Shown piece after piece: positions 39,526-52,430 of a stretch of 64,000 nt of DNA. The stretch covers positions 24,120,001 through 24,184,000 of the forward strand of contig CM052818.1 in assembly GCA_028534125.1 (NCBI GenBank), read 5' to 3'. The first letter of the stretch is position 1; each line of letters begins with the position of its first letter. The notes beneath the pieces were generated by a model that was not told where the DNA came from, made no database searches, and worked only from the letters and a program-made list of their open reading frames with translations. The translations under genes and the position numbers were made by a program. The DNA is from Lama glama (lineage: Eukaryota).

Positions 39526-40779
39526 TCTAAATCCCTTTCCAGATCACAGAAGAGATATTAAAGTTTTCACCTGCTAATATATAAGATACTCAAAGAAAGT
39601 TCTGGGGGTTCCATGATGGCTGAGAGAGACTTTGAATGGGAGGGAACACTGGAAGAGAAGCTATGCAGATGCATTAGCCGGAGCCAATGGAATTGAGCTC
39701 ACCAGTAGAGCACCTGGACTTGAGAGGACCTGAGGACACATTACACAGAGAGCATCTAGTAGCAAGGGTCATGGGACTCAGAGACAAAGGATGACAGCAA
39801 AAGATGTGGTCATGGTATTGAGGGATATTTAACATGAAACCTTGAGATACTGAAATGAATTTTTACTTAATGAAGAATGTCTTCCATGGGCTGATTTTCT
39901 CTGCATCAACAAAGTTTCCATCTTCCATATTGTGAAGAAGGGGGTTACAAGTACAGAATTGGTATGGGCATCCTGGACAATCCAATGGAACACTTGCCCA
40001 TTGTCCTCCAGTGTCCACACAGGATTTATGCTAAGAGAACATGGACACCCTTGCTAACTAAATGTTGTCACTCCATACCCCCAAGGATTTCTGTCCTGAA
40101 CCACATAAAAATGCAAAAGTATAAATGGCAGAATTCTTTGCTAGCTGAGACGCCTCCCATCTTTTATTTCTATCACGTTAGGGTTAGGATATGACATAAC
40201 TTTCACTTAAATATTAAATTGAAATTTTCTTTATCTCACCGATTTTCTTTCAAGACCATCTGTACTAACATTTTCTTTCATTTCTCCTTGACTCGGTTTA
40301 CATCAAATTCTCAAGCAGTGAAGCAGTTTTCCTTGATAAGGGCTCTCAGATTCACACTTTGAAAGGCTCTAAGTAAATTTCCTGTTTTCCTGAAAAAGTT
40401 CCCTAATGCTGTTTGCCTCTCTTCTTTTGCATTTGGAAATCTCTAATTGGACAATTCAGTTGAAATTTTTGCTTAATTATTATACATATGTGTGAAATAT
40501 ACTAGTATCTGAATGCATGCCTACAGAGGTCTCTTTGCTGTTGCAATTTTATCGAAGTGTTTCCAGAATCCCTTTGCATAATGCAGAGTCTTCAGTGTAC
40601 TTCTTATGGAGTAGACTGTTTCTTGTATTATAGTTTCCCAGTCTTTTAGGATCCCCTGTTATATTATTTCATGGTAATAAAATCATAAACGTTATATTAG
40701 TTTATTGGGTGTTCAAAATTAAAAAAAACAACTATGAGCTTGGATGGCAAAAGATAAAGTATGAATACTGAGAAAAGAA

Positions 40780-41000
40780 ATGGAATTTGGTTGAATGCTC
40801 ATTTTGTGCACACACTTCCTCATCTTACACAGTTTAATTCACATCAATCTTGTGAGTTTCTAAAACTTTCACCTTACAGTGAGAATTTACAATGAGCTCA
40901 GAGAAGTGTTTTCCCAACCAACTTATAAATGTCAAAGGTAGAATTCAAACCTACATGTATCCAACCCCAAGATTCTTAATGTATCCCTCACACCATGCTG
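40780..41000 (-). mobile_element. MIR relic
   Basis: tgagctcagagaagtg...cttataaatgtcaaaggtagaattcaaaccta. Confidence 0.55.
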
Positions 41001-41084
41001 ATTTATAGAACTTGGGTATAATCCCTGTTCCCCATGCATGACATGGCAATCTTTGTTTACTGTGGGTTTTTTTTCCCATGACAT

Positions 41085-41195
41085 AATTTTTAAAACACTT
41101 TATTGAACTATGATTCACATGAAAAAAGCTACATATACAATGTACACAGTTTGATGAGTTTGGGGGTAACTGTACACCCATGAAACCATCTCTAG
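41085..41195 (-). mobile_element. L1MB-type 3' terminal fragment
   Basis: ctttattgaactatgattcacat...tgtacacagtttgatgagtttgg...cacccatgaaaccatc. Confidence 0.75.
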
Positions 41196-41654
41196 ACATG
41201 GTGACCTTTGGATTGTGTTGCAGAGGTATGAAAAAGTAAAAAGGAGATTTGGAAGTATCAGAATAATCTTGTATTTCCCCTCAAGGGAAACTAGTTGGAT
41301 AGCCACACTGTTAGTACACTTAAGCAGTGTTAACTGGTACCCTGAATCGGTCAATAGATAATTTTTGCTTGATCAATAATTTTTGACACAATTTTGAGCT
41401 AATGAGCATTTACTGATCACCTACCATAATTTCATTCATTCAACATATAACTAGGTACCTTCACAACTTTCTGTTATTCAGTCCTCAAATCACTCCACAT
41501 GCAAGCAAACAAGTTGGTAGATGTAATAGGTATTAGAGCCCACATTCTTCTCAATAACCATGTTATGTGAAAGCCTCCGGTCTCCGCGGGTTAAAAGTTA
41601 TTTGTATAATAATAAATTGAATAATAAAATCTAATATTTTATTTGTACGATATT

Positions 41655-41860
41655 TATAGTGCATAGAGCACAGTACTGAAGAATCAAATCTGAGCTCAAT
41701 TTACTGCTCCATCACGAACTATCTGTGTAACTTCAGAATACTTAATTTATTTGAGTCTCAGTTTCTTCATCTCTATAATATTAACACTAATCCCTATTCC
41801 ACAGGAGGCAGTGATTAAATAAAGTAATGCATATAATGGTAGCACAGCTTCCGTACAGGA
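41655..41860 (+). mobile_element. MIR relic
   Basis: tgtgtaacttcag...gagtctcagtttcttcatctctataa...aaagtaatgcatataa. Confidence 0.75.
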
Positions 41861-44003
41861 AGAAGGAAGTGTGGATACTTATATAGGTAGGAGATCAGGA
41901 AACTGAAATCAGTTTCCTCTGCTCAGTAAGAACTAAGATCATTAGCGGAGAAGGAATACCTAGGTTACTGTGGAATTATTACATTGCTGGAGACCAGCAG
42001 AAGTCTGAAGAGAAAAATGAGGTTTTTCTCTCTTTCTTCCATGAAAATAACCAACATTAACCTATGAAACAAAAATAGTTTTGAAAATCTCTTCTAAAAA
42101 CAAAGCAGGGAACAGCTAAGGCAAGAATATTATCCGCCAAAATTCATCCAAATCCTGGGAGGCCACCAAAAGTCTAAAATAGGTCTCCAGGTCTCAAACA
42201 GCATGCTTTATTTTTCTGAAAAGTATGATATCTTGCAGGACCAGTGATACATCTCTTAGAACAATGAAGGGTTGGGCGCATGGGCTGCCATCAGGAAGAA
42301 ATTGGGAATTTGGGTCTAGAACACAGAGAGAATCAGAGGAGACGCTGAGAAAGAAGTGATACCAAGAGTGCCCCACTTATGTCTCCAAACATGACTCCCA
42401 ACATGAGAAACTGTTAATGAGGCAAAGCAGAAAGGGAAACAGAAATCACTTTGCATCCACTAGCAAAATGGGACTGAGTAGAACTAAATACTAAGTCACC
42501 CTGAGAAGTCCAGATGAGATGTGCTAGACTTGCTGAACTGGCTCTACAGGACCTGCTCCCTCTGGAGGAATGACTCGAGAATGTTGCCTCCAGGACACAA
42601 GACACAGCATGTTTATTTGGCAAATGCTTTGAGAAAACACTCCCATTTAGAAGCTATTGACTGCCTCTGTCCAGTACAAAGAGCAGGCCAGGAAATGATG
42701 GCCCCCATTCACACACACACACAATTCTTGAAAGATTACAAAAGCACTATTTACAGAGTTGATGGAAAGCAAACAGGAGGAAAGGAGCAGAGCAAACCAA
42801 AGGCAGCTGAGGTGGTAGAGACCAGGAAAGAACTGAAGACAGCAATAACATCGTTACAGAAATGGACAACAAACACCTTTTAGGTGTAACAAGACAGAGA
42901 AAAGGAAAGGACTTTAGTTATTATGATCAGCACTTCCAAGGAATTTGCTATAAAATAGAACCAAAAAATGGAGTAGCGGGTAGAGGTAAAGAGAAAGTAA
43001 ACAAACAGATAATGCAGGAAATAGGAGAGAATCACAAAAGGATAAAAAGACCCCCAAATGTGCTCTAACAGACTAGTGAAACAAGTATGGCACCCGACAT
43101 ACTGGAACTCAGTACTTTTTCAACATCTAAAGTCCAATGAAATAAATAAGGTATAGAAGAGCATACTTCATAAACTCCCATTTGTGTAAAACTGGAGACC
43201 ACATTGCTTCTTCTAAGAGGAAGCAAGTGTCCGGGGCGGGGGGTGGAGGAGGGGATAAGCACAGGGGCTACATTTTACTCTATGTGCATTTGTACTCCTT
43301 AAAAAAAAAAAAAACCCTGTTTCACCATATACATGTCTTTTTTATGAATGAAAATAATGCAAAAATTTTTAAATGTTAAGAATGAATTCTTGACTCAACT
43401 TTCCCCAAAACCAGCAAATAAAGAGGTGAAGAGGGAATAAACTAGGACAGACAGAACAAAAAATAAAAAGCAAACACTTCATTAAAATGAAAATCTATAT
43501 TAAGCTCCCTTAGCCACTCACTTGACTTTAAGCGGCATTGATGGTGCTGACTCTCCAAGTTATGCCTCTAACCCCTACTCTGAATTTCCCTGAATCACAG
43601 TTTTATTTTTTAATAGCCAACTACCCACTTGACATTTTCACATGCATTTCCAAGAGGCTGCTCCAATTTAACATGCCAAAATGTGCCCCTTTCTTAATCA
43701 TTGTCATTCCAATAAAATGCATCACCATTTACTCATTTGCCCAAGCCAATATTCTAGGATTTATTGTTAAAATATTCTACGCACTCCCTCATCTCACCAC
43801 ACCCCCATGCTGACCCCTTCCCTAAAACATACACCGATTTTGTTCAGATCTATCTGGATAACTGCCACTCTGCTCCAGTTGCCCAACCTTCCCTTCTAAC
43901 TGATGTCCCTATTTCCACCCTCACTCCTCTGTTATTCGTAGTCCAAGCCCCACCACCATCCCGCTACCACAATAAACTTCCTATTGACATCTGCCTCCAT
44001 CTA

Positions 44004-46380
44004 CAGGCTTATCTCATGTGCTTCAATTTATTGTACTTTGCAGAGATTATGTTTATTACAAATCAAAGGTTTGTGGCAACCCTGCACTGAGCAAGTCTAC
44101 AGCACCATTTCACCAACAGCATTTTCTTACTGCATATCTCTGTGTCACCATTTGGTAATTCTCACAGTATTTCAAATTTTTTCATTATTATTGTATTTGT
44201 TATGCTCATCTGTCATCAGTGATCTTTGATGTTACAATTATAATTGTTTTGGGGTACCATGAACTGCACTCAAATAAGAGAGTGAATTGATAAAGTTTGT
44301 GTGTGTTTTGACTCTTCCACTCTCTCTCTCCCTCTCCCTCTCCTTGGACCTCCCTATTCCCTGAGATACATTATTGAAATTAGGCCAATTAACCATCCTA
44401 CTATGGCCTCTAAGCATTCAAGTGAAAGGAAGAGTTGCATGTCTCTCACTTTATATCAAAAGCTGGAAATGATTAAGTTTAGTGAGTAAGGCATGTTGAC
44501 AGATATGACAGGCTGAAATCTAGGCCTTTTGCACCAGTTAGCGAAGTTGCAAATACAAAGGAAAAGTTCTTGAAGGAAATTAAATGAGCTAGCCCAGTGG
44601 AACACACAAATGATAAGAACAAGAAACAGCCATATTGCTGATATGGTAGAGGTTTTAGTGGTCTGGACAGAAGGTCAGACCAGCCACAGCACCCCCTTAA
44701 ACTAAAGCCTAATCCAGAGGAAGGCTCTAATGTTCTTCAGTTCCATAAGGGATGAGAGAGGTGGGGAAGCTGCAGAAGAAAAGTCTGAAGCTAGTGGAAG
44801 TAAGTTCATGAAGTTTAAGGAAAGAAGCCACCTCCATAAAATCAAAGTGCAAGGTGAAGCAGCAAGTGCTGATGTAGAAGTTGCAGCAAGTTATTCAGAA
44901 GATCCAGCCAAGATAATTAATGAAGGCTACACTAAACAACAGACTTTCAACGCAGACAAAACAGCCTTGTATTGGAAAAAGATTCCACCTAGGACTTTCG
45001 CAGCTAAAGAGGAGAAGTCAATGCCTGGTGTCAAAACTTCAAAGGATGACTGACTCTCTTGTTAGCGGGTAATGCAGCTGGTGACTTGAAGTTGAATTCA
45101 ATGTTAATTGACCATTCTGAAACTCCTAGGGCCCTTAAGATTTATGCTAAATATACTCTGTCTGTGCTCTACAAATACTACAACAAAGTCTAGATGACAG
45201 GACTGTTTATAATATGGTTTACTAAGTATTTCAAGCCCATGGTTGAGTCCTACTACTCAGAAAAAACATTCCTTTCAAAATATGACTGCTCATTGACAAT
45301 GGACCTGGTCACCCAAGAGCTCTGATGGAGATGTTTGAGATTCATGTCATTTTCATGTCTGCTAATGCAACATCCATTCGGTAGCCCATGGACTAAGGAA
45401 TAGTTTCAACTTTCTAGTCTTATCATTTAAGAAATACATTTCATAAGGCTATAGATACAGATTCCTCTTATGGATCTGGGCAAAGCAAACTGAAACTCTT
45501 CTGTGAATGATTTATCATTCTAGATGCTATTAAGAACATTTGTGATTCACACAAAGAGGTCAAAATATCAACATTAGCAGGAATTTGGAAGAAGTGGATT
45601 CCAACCTTCATGGATGACTTTAAAGCTCAAGACTTTAGTAGAGGAAAGTAACTGTAGATGTGATGGAAATAGTAAGAGAACTAGAATTAGAAGTGGAACC
45701 TGAAGATGTGACTGAATTGCTGCAGTCTCAAGATAAAATTTAATGAATGAGGAGTTGCTTATTTTGGATGAGCAAAGAAGGTGGTTTCTTGTGATGGAAT
45801 CTACTTTTGGTGAAGATGCTATGAAGATGGTTGAGATGACAACAAAATATTTATAATATTACATAAATTTAGTCGATAAAGCAGTAGCAGGGTTGGAGAG
45901 GACTAATTCCAATTTTGTAAGAAGTTCTACTTTGGGCAAAACACTATCAAGCAGCATTGCATGCTACAGAGAACTTGTTTATGAAAGGAAGAGTCAATCA
46001 ATGCAGCAAACTTTATTGCTGTCTTATTTTTAAAAATTACCACAGCCACCCCAACCTTCAGCAACCACCACCCTCATCAGTCAGCAGCTATTAACATCAC
46101 GGGAAGACCTTCCACCAGCAAAAAGATTATGACTCATTGAAGGTTCATATGATAGTGACCATTTTTTTTAGCAATAAAGTATTTTTAAATTTAATTAAAA
46201 TATGTACTTTTTAAAGATACACTGCTATTGCACACTTAATAGACTAAAGCATGGTGTAAACATAACTTTTATATGCACCAAGAAACCAAAAAAAAAAAAT
46301 CATGTGATTCACTGTATTGTGAGATTCACTTTACTACAGTGGTCTGAGACTGAACCCCCAATATCTCCAAGGTATGCCTG
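44004..46380 (+). mobile_element. Near full-length Tigger1 (TcMar-Tigger/pogo) DNA transposon, 2377 bp
   Basis: Left TIR CAGGCTTATCTC after TA (44002-44003); right TIR ...AAGGTATGCCTG ending at 46380; internal transposase homology. Confidence 0.95.
44403..46160 (+). pseudogene. Decayed Tigger1 transposase (TIGD1-like), multiple stops and frameshifts
   Basis: MASKHSSERKSCMSLTLYQKLEMIKFSE* then ...[27 protein letters not shown]...[21 protein letters not shown]. Confidence 0.9.
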
Positions 46381-48204
46381 TCTAATCACCCCTCCACACT
46401 GTGGCCAGAGTTATCATTTTAAAATAAAAATAAGATCATGTAATTTACTTCCTTAAAAACCCTCTAACAACTTCACATCACACTTAAAAATAAAATCCAG
46501 GCTCCCCATCATAACCTAGAAGACCCTTCAGATGCTGACTGCTTCTCTCTCATTATTTCCCCCTTTTACATCGTTTTTGTCCTTATTCTGATTCATACAC
46601 TTGGGGCCGTGGTTTGATGGTGCTAACCTTGTTTTTGTCTCAGCTCATTTACATGAGCTATTTCATTGTTCTGGAATACCCGGTCTCCATGCCATCCCAC
46701 AGAGAGGCTTCCCCTGTCCAACAATCTAATGAAACATCACCCCATCGCATCACTGACTGGCTGCCCAGTTTTATTTTCTTTATTGGCTTTATATAACTAT
46801 CTGTTATTTTCTTCTTTTGCTTTATTATCTGTCTATCCCCAAGTACAAGAACAAACACTGCCTAGAAAGAGTAGACTCCTTTTTGTTGAATAAATAAATG
46901 AACTCCATTTGCATTTTCAAAATGATGTGTCTAAGAAGATCTTTTACAGACACACAAAAAATGGCTTAAAAGACAAACGAAAAGCTAAGGTTTGTGATTG
47001 GCCCTGAGAAATTGGATGGCAGCCTGGCAAAGAGGTAAACTTGCACTCTTTTATAATTCAAATGCTTTGGAACCAATTTAACTTCTGTAATGGATATTGC
47101 CTCATTTTTTCTTATTTAAGAACCATATAAAGGTTTTATAGTTGTTAAGACCTGTTCTACAAAAAAAAAAAACTCAGACAGATTACTGGGAAGGAGATAC
47201 AAGAATTGAGACCCTTTTAGCTAAAAGTAGAAGGGAGAGTGTGATACAAATCTTTGTTAACAACCATACATTTATTCTCACCCCACTCATCTTCCCTTTA
47301 AGCTATAAGCTTTAGATAAATTTTAATTGCTCAACTAAATTCATTATCTCTTTAAAACCAGATGTATAAGATTCAAAACCAAGATACAGATTCTATTTTA
47401 ATATCAGAATAGCTTGTTTAACAATATAACTTTAGCTAAGTTACACTGAATGTTATTGATAACATTGGATAAGAGTATCTTTTAGGAGGTGATATTTTGA
47501 ATTTTTCAACAGACAATGGAAAAGCCTCTGCTATTATAGCAGATAACATGAGACTGTTACAAGAAGTGCCTTTATATGTTATTTGGGTAATATCAGAAAC
47601 TTCATAAGAAATAATTACACTTTAATATGTATTACTGACAACCAATTCTCTGAAATACTGTGGCATATTACAATCCCAACCCAACTCCTCAGGAAAGATG
47701 GGAGAAATACTGCATATTGTTTTGCATGTAATTATAAGGATTTAGATGCTTTCCACAATTGTTACATTTACTTTCATATTGACCAAAGTGGGCAACTTGT
47801 GATTTAGCAATAGAAAGCCTGAGGCCTTCTCAAAGATGGAGTCTACAGCTTTTGGAATTATACTAATCAAAATAAAATATCTAAAAGGTCACCAAGGGAG
47901 GAGGGATGGGCTTTTATCTATCTGACTACAAATGAAAAAACAGGGCTACTATTAACTCAAAATGTACTCTTGCAAGAATTTTAAAATGGCATTTCTTTCT
48001 TAATTTATTTTACTTCGACTGACCAGAGAAAAATACTATAATAACAGACAAATCCACAATGTTTACAGTCAGAACAATGCCCCATTAATCAGTGTCCTTG
48101 TACAGTGCACAACCTGTACACACATACCCACTGTCTTTGTAATTTAGGAACCTTTGGCAGAAGCTACCAGGACACATTCCTGTTCCAAATGAGAAAGACA
48201 CTTC

Positions 48205-48392
48205 TGACATAGTTTTTAACAGTCAGAATGAACGTTTCAGGAAGTTCTAAGTCCCTCATCACTGGAGGAATGGAAGCTTCATCTTAAGCGCGTGTATTAT
48301 GTGGAGGTTATAGATAAGATTTTACACGCCAAATAGTAGTAGGACTAGATAAACTTGAAGGTTTTTTTCTACTCTTAGAATTTAATGCTCTA
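48205..48392 (+). mobile_element. L3/CR1 LINE 3' end relic
   Basis: gtccctcatcactggagg...ggactagataaacttgaagg...tctactcttagaattt. Confidence 0.6.
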
Positions 48393-48493
48393 TTTAAAAG
48401 AGACTTAGTGAAACTACATACAAAATATATCTGCTCTTCTATAAATAGGAAAGTGTTAGTCATAGCTTTAAGGGAGAAAATAAATCTAGTACC

Positions 48494-48656
48494 ATTTATT
48501 TTGTTAAATTCTTAAGAATTAAAATTTATTTTGTTAAAATAATTTTTTCATTAAATTTTCATTTTTGTTTAATTTATTTTTGTTAAATTTATTTTCATTT
48601 TTTGTTAAATTTGTTAACAAAATAAATTTAAATTCTTAAGAATCTTAAGAATTTAA
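48494..48656. repeat. AT-rich patchwork of direct and inverted 14-16 bp repeats
   Basis: ATTTATTTTGTTAA at 48494 and 48524, inverted copy at 48614; TTAAATTCTTAAGAAT at 48504 and 48628. Confidence 0.85.
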
Positions 48657-49029
48657 GACCCCTTAATGTCTTAGATTTATAAGTTGCTTGTGTTACCCTT
48701 ATGTACACAGTCCCATTGATTTCTGAAAACAATGAGACAAGAAGGCCAAGTGTCAGGGAATTCCATCTTGAGACGAGAAAGCAGATGTTCAGAAATGTGA
48801 TTTCCCATGAGTAAGTTTTCACAAGTGAAAGCTAAAGCACTGACAGTCAAACTCAGATGGTTTATTTCCTCCTTTTCTTGTTTTAAATCATTCCTCCAGT
48901 TGAAAGTTTTAAATTTAATTCTGGCTTTTAATTCTAATCTGCCAAGCAAACATGGAACTATATTAAGCCATGTAATCTTTACTACCTGATAAAAGAGAAG
49001 TTTGACAGGGCATCAGATGAGATAAACAC

Positions 49030-49170
49030 TCTTACCAGTACTATTTGTTAGCTGTCTCTCTTTCCTAATAGATTGTAAGATTGATTAGGAGAAGAAACTT
49101 GCCTCTTTTGCCAGCTAATTTCTACCACTTAGGCTCGGAAATACTAGTTGTTTGAAGGAATAAATGGTTC
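49030..49170 (+). mobile_element. L2 3' end relic
   Basis: tgtctctctttcctaatagattgtaag...ttgtttgaaggaataaatg. Confidence 0.55.
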
Positions 49171-49818
49171 AACCACAATTAATTATGTGGTTCTTTATGC
49201 AATAAACCTTAGGCAATATATAAGACAAGGGATTCAACAACAGTCTTATACATAAATCCACCTTAAATGTATAATCAGAAAAACACATGGGTTTATAAAA
49301 TGCCACAAGTAGACAGCCTAGATGCTGAGGTTAAATTTGTGTAGACCAGATAATCAGGTGATGGACTGCATAATCCCCCTTTTAATAGGCTGTCTGGACA
49401 GTGTACAAAAATGGATTTCTACATACTCAACATTAAATTTCAGCTCCAGATTCTTTGCCTTGGGAATGATCCCTTCTTTCCTGTACCTCGTATTACTTTC
49501 CTGTTATTTTCCCTAACAGAATCAGAGAAGGGCTGTCAATCCTAATTGAATTCAAGAAAAAAAATTTTTTTGATCAGTAAGAAGTATTAAATAATACACA
49601 GATGGGAAGAAAATGATATGCAAATAGTCCAAAAGGATAGGACATGATGGCCAAACTAGAGAATCAATATGCTACAACCAACCAAAAAATACATTGTCAA
49701 TGGGACCCGGCATTGATGCCAAGGGAAATGAACAGAGGGTTTCGGTTGATTCTTCTTCATCTGGCATCAAATCTTCTTTCATTTGCTGCTTTGAGGAGAA
49801 ACTCTTTCATTTTACTTC

Positions 49819-51151
49819 TTTTTTTCTTTTTTAAAAAATTTTTATCAAAATATAGTTGATTTACAATGTTAGCTTCAGGTGTACAGCAAAGTGATTCAAT
49901 TATACATATACATATATTTTTTTCTTTTCAGATTCTTTTCCATTTTGTGTTATTACAAGAAATTGAATATAGTTCCCTGTGTTATACAGTAGGTCCTTGT
50001 TGTGTATCTATTTTATATATAGTAATGTGTATCTGTTAATTCCCAACCCCTAATTTATCCCTCCCCACTCTCTCCCCTTTGATAACCTCAGTTTTTTCTA
50101 TGTCCGTGAATCTGTTTGGGGTTTGTAAATAGAATTTGCATCATTTTTTTTAGATTCTACATATAAGTGATGCCATATGATATTTGTCTTTCTGACTTAC
50201 TTCACTCAGTATGATAAACTCTAGGTCCATCCATGTTGCTACAAATAGCATTATTTCATTCTTTTTTATGGCTGAGCAATATTCCATCATATATATGTAT
50301 GCGTGTGTATATATCTCACAACTTTTTTATACACTCATCTGTTGATGGACATTTAGGTTGTTTCCATGTCTTGGCTATTGTAAATAGTGCTGCTATGAAC
50401 ATTGGGGTATATGTGTCTTTTTGAATTAGAGTTTTCTCTGATATATGCACACAAGTGGAATTGCTGGATCATATGGTAAGTCTATTTTTAGTATTTTTAA
50501 GGAACCTCCATACTGTTCTCCATAGTGGTTGCTCCAATTTACATTCCCACCAACAGCGCAGGAAAGTTCCTTTTTCTCCACACCCTCTCCAGCATTTATT
50601 ATTTGAAGACTTTTTAAAGATGGCCATTCTGGCTGGTGAGGTGATCCCTCATTGTAGTTTTGATTTGCATTTCTCTAATAATTAGTGATACTCAGCATTT
50701 TTTTTCATGTGCCTGTTGGCCATCTGGATGTCTTTGGAGAAATGTCTATTTAGATCTTCTGCCTATTTTTTGATTGAGTTGTTTGGTTTTTTGACATTAA
50801 GTGGTATGAGCTGTTTGTATATTTTGGAAATTAGTCCCTTGTCAGCTGTACCATTTGCAAATATTTTCCCCATTCTGTAGGTTGTCTTTTTGTTTTGTTG
50901 ATGGTTTCCTTTGCTGTGCAAAAGCTTTTAAGTTTAATTAGGTCCCATTTGCTTATTTTTGCTTTTATTTCCATTACTCTAGGAGCTGGTTTGAAAAAAT
51001 ATTGAAATATTGCTGAAATTTATGTCAAATAGTGTTCTGCCTGTTTTCCTCTAGGAGTTTTATGGTATCCATTCACTACATGTTAAAGAATAAAATTAGA
51101 ACATTCTCTAACACCATATAAAGAATTAATTCAAAATGGATTAAAGACCTA
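49819..51151 (-). mobile_element. LINE-1 with short 5' inversion (- strand 49819-51070; inverted + segment ~51074-51151)
   Basis: Minus part reaches the DTIKLLEEN coding region; the plus part corresponds to the immediately preceding KLEHSLTPY..NSKWIKDL. Confidence 0.9.
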
Positions 51152-52430
51152 TTTTTCTTATAAGACTAGATTCTTCTAGAGCAGTTTTGGAGTCACAGCA
51201 AAACTGAGCTGAAAATATGTAGATTTCCCATAGACCACCTGTCCCTACACATGCATAGCCTACCCCATTATCAACATTTCCCTCCAAAGTGGTCATTTTC
51301 AATTGACTGACCTACACTGACACATTTGAATCACCCAGATGCCATAGTTTACATCATGGTTCACTCTTGGTGTTGTGTTGTACAGTCTACGGATTTGACA
51401 TAACAGATAATGACATATATTTGTCATTATGGTGTCATACAGAGTATTTTCACTGTCCTCAAAATCCTCTGTGCTCCAACTATGTATCTTTTCCCCTTGT
51501 CCCTGGCAACCACTAATCTTTTAATGTCTTAATAGTTTTGCATTTTCCAGAATGTCATGTAATTGGAATCATATAGTATGTAGTTTCTTCAGATTGACTT
51601 CTTTCATTGAATAATATAAATTTAAGTTTCCTTTATGTCTTTTCATGGCTTGACAGCTCCCTTCTTTTTAGTACTGAATAATATCCTACTATCTGGATGT
51701 ACCACATTTTATCCATTCACACCCTGAAAGATATATTAGTTCTTTCCAAGTTTGGGGCAATTAATAATAAAGCTCTATAATCATTTGTGTACAGGTTTTT
51801 GTGTGGACATAGTTTTTAACTCCTTTGGGTAAATACCAAGGGATGGGATTACTGGATCATATGGTAAGAATGTATTTATTTTTTTAAGAAACTGCCAAAC
51901 TGTTTTCCGAAGGGTTTGTACCATTTTGCATTCTCACCAGCAATGAGTAGGAGTTCCTGATGCTCCACATCTTTGTCAGCATTTGGTGTTGTCAATGTTC
52001 CAGATTTGGCCACTGTAGTAGGTATGCAGTGGTATTTCACTGTGGTTTTAATTTGCATTTCCCTGATGATGACATATGATGTGGAGCATCTTCTTGTATG
52101 TTCATTTGCCATTTGTATATTTTGTTTGCTGAGGTATCTATTAAGGCCTTTGGCCCATTTTTAAATCAGGTTATTTATTTTCTGAATTTTGAGTTTTAAG
52201 AGTTCTTATAATTGAATAACAGTCCTATATCAGATTTCTTTTTATCATTTGTAAAGATTTCCTCCAGGACTGTGGCTTGCCTTCTAATTCTCTTGACATT
52301 GTCTTTCACAGAGCAGAAGTTTTATATTTTAATTAAGTCTAGTTTATCAACTATTTCTGTCATAAATCATGCCTTTGGTGTTTTACCTAAAAAGTCATCA
52401 CCATACTCAAGGTTATTCAGGTTTTCTAAT
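51152..52430 (-). mobile_element. Old L1 (L1MC1/2-like) 3' region
   Basis: tagagcagttttggagtcacagcaaaactgag...acatgcatagcctaccccattatcaacat; ORF2-end homology [20 protein letters not shown]. Confidence 0.85.

Larger units (their letters stand above)
43500..46900 (+). mobile_element. L2 LINE split by Tigger1 (43500-44003 and 46381-46900)
   Basis: gccaactacccacttgacatttt...aatttaacatgcc before the insertion; agatcatgt...ccttaaaaaccctc...tttgttgaataaataaatgaa 3' end after it. Confidence 0.75.

Noticed and set aside
43231..43254. GC box / G-quadruplex promoter motif
   Set aside because: Isolated, and its context resembles a G-rich patch of an old L1 3' UTR
44403..45053. Domesticated TIGD1 gene
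   Set aside because: Stop after 28 codons and many later disruptions, inside a TIR-bounded Tigger1
48085..48135. MER91-like hAT terminus (ccttgtacagtgcacaacctgtaca)
   Set aside because: Too short to assign without a database search
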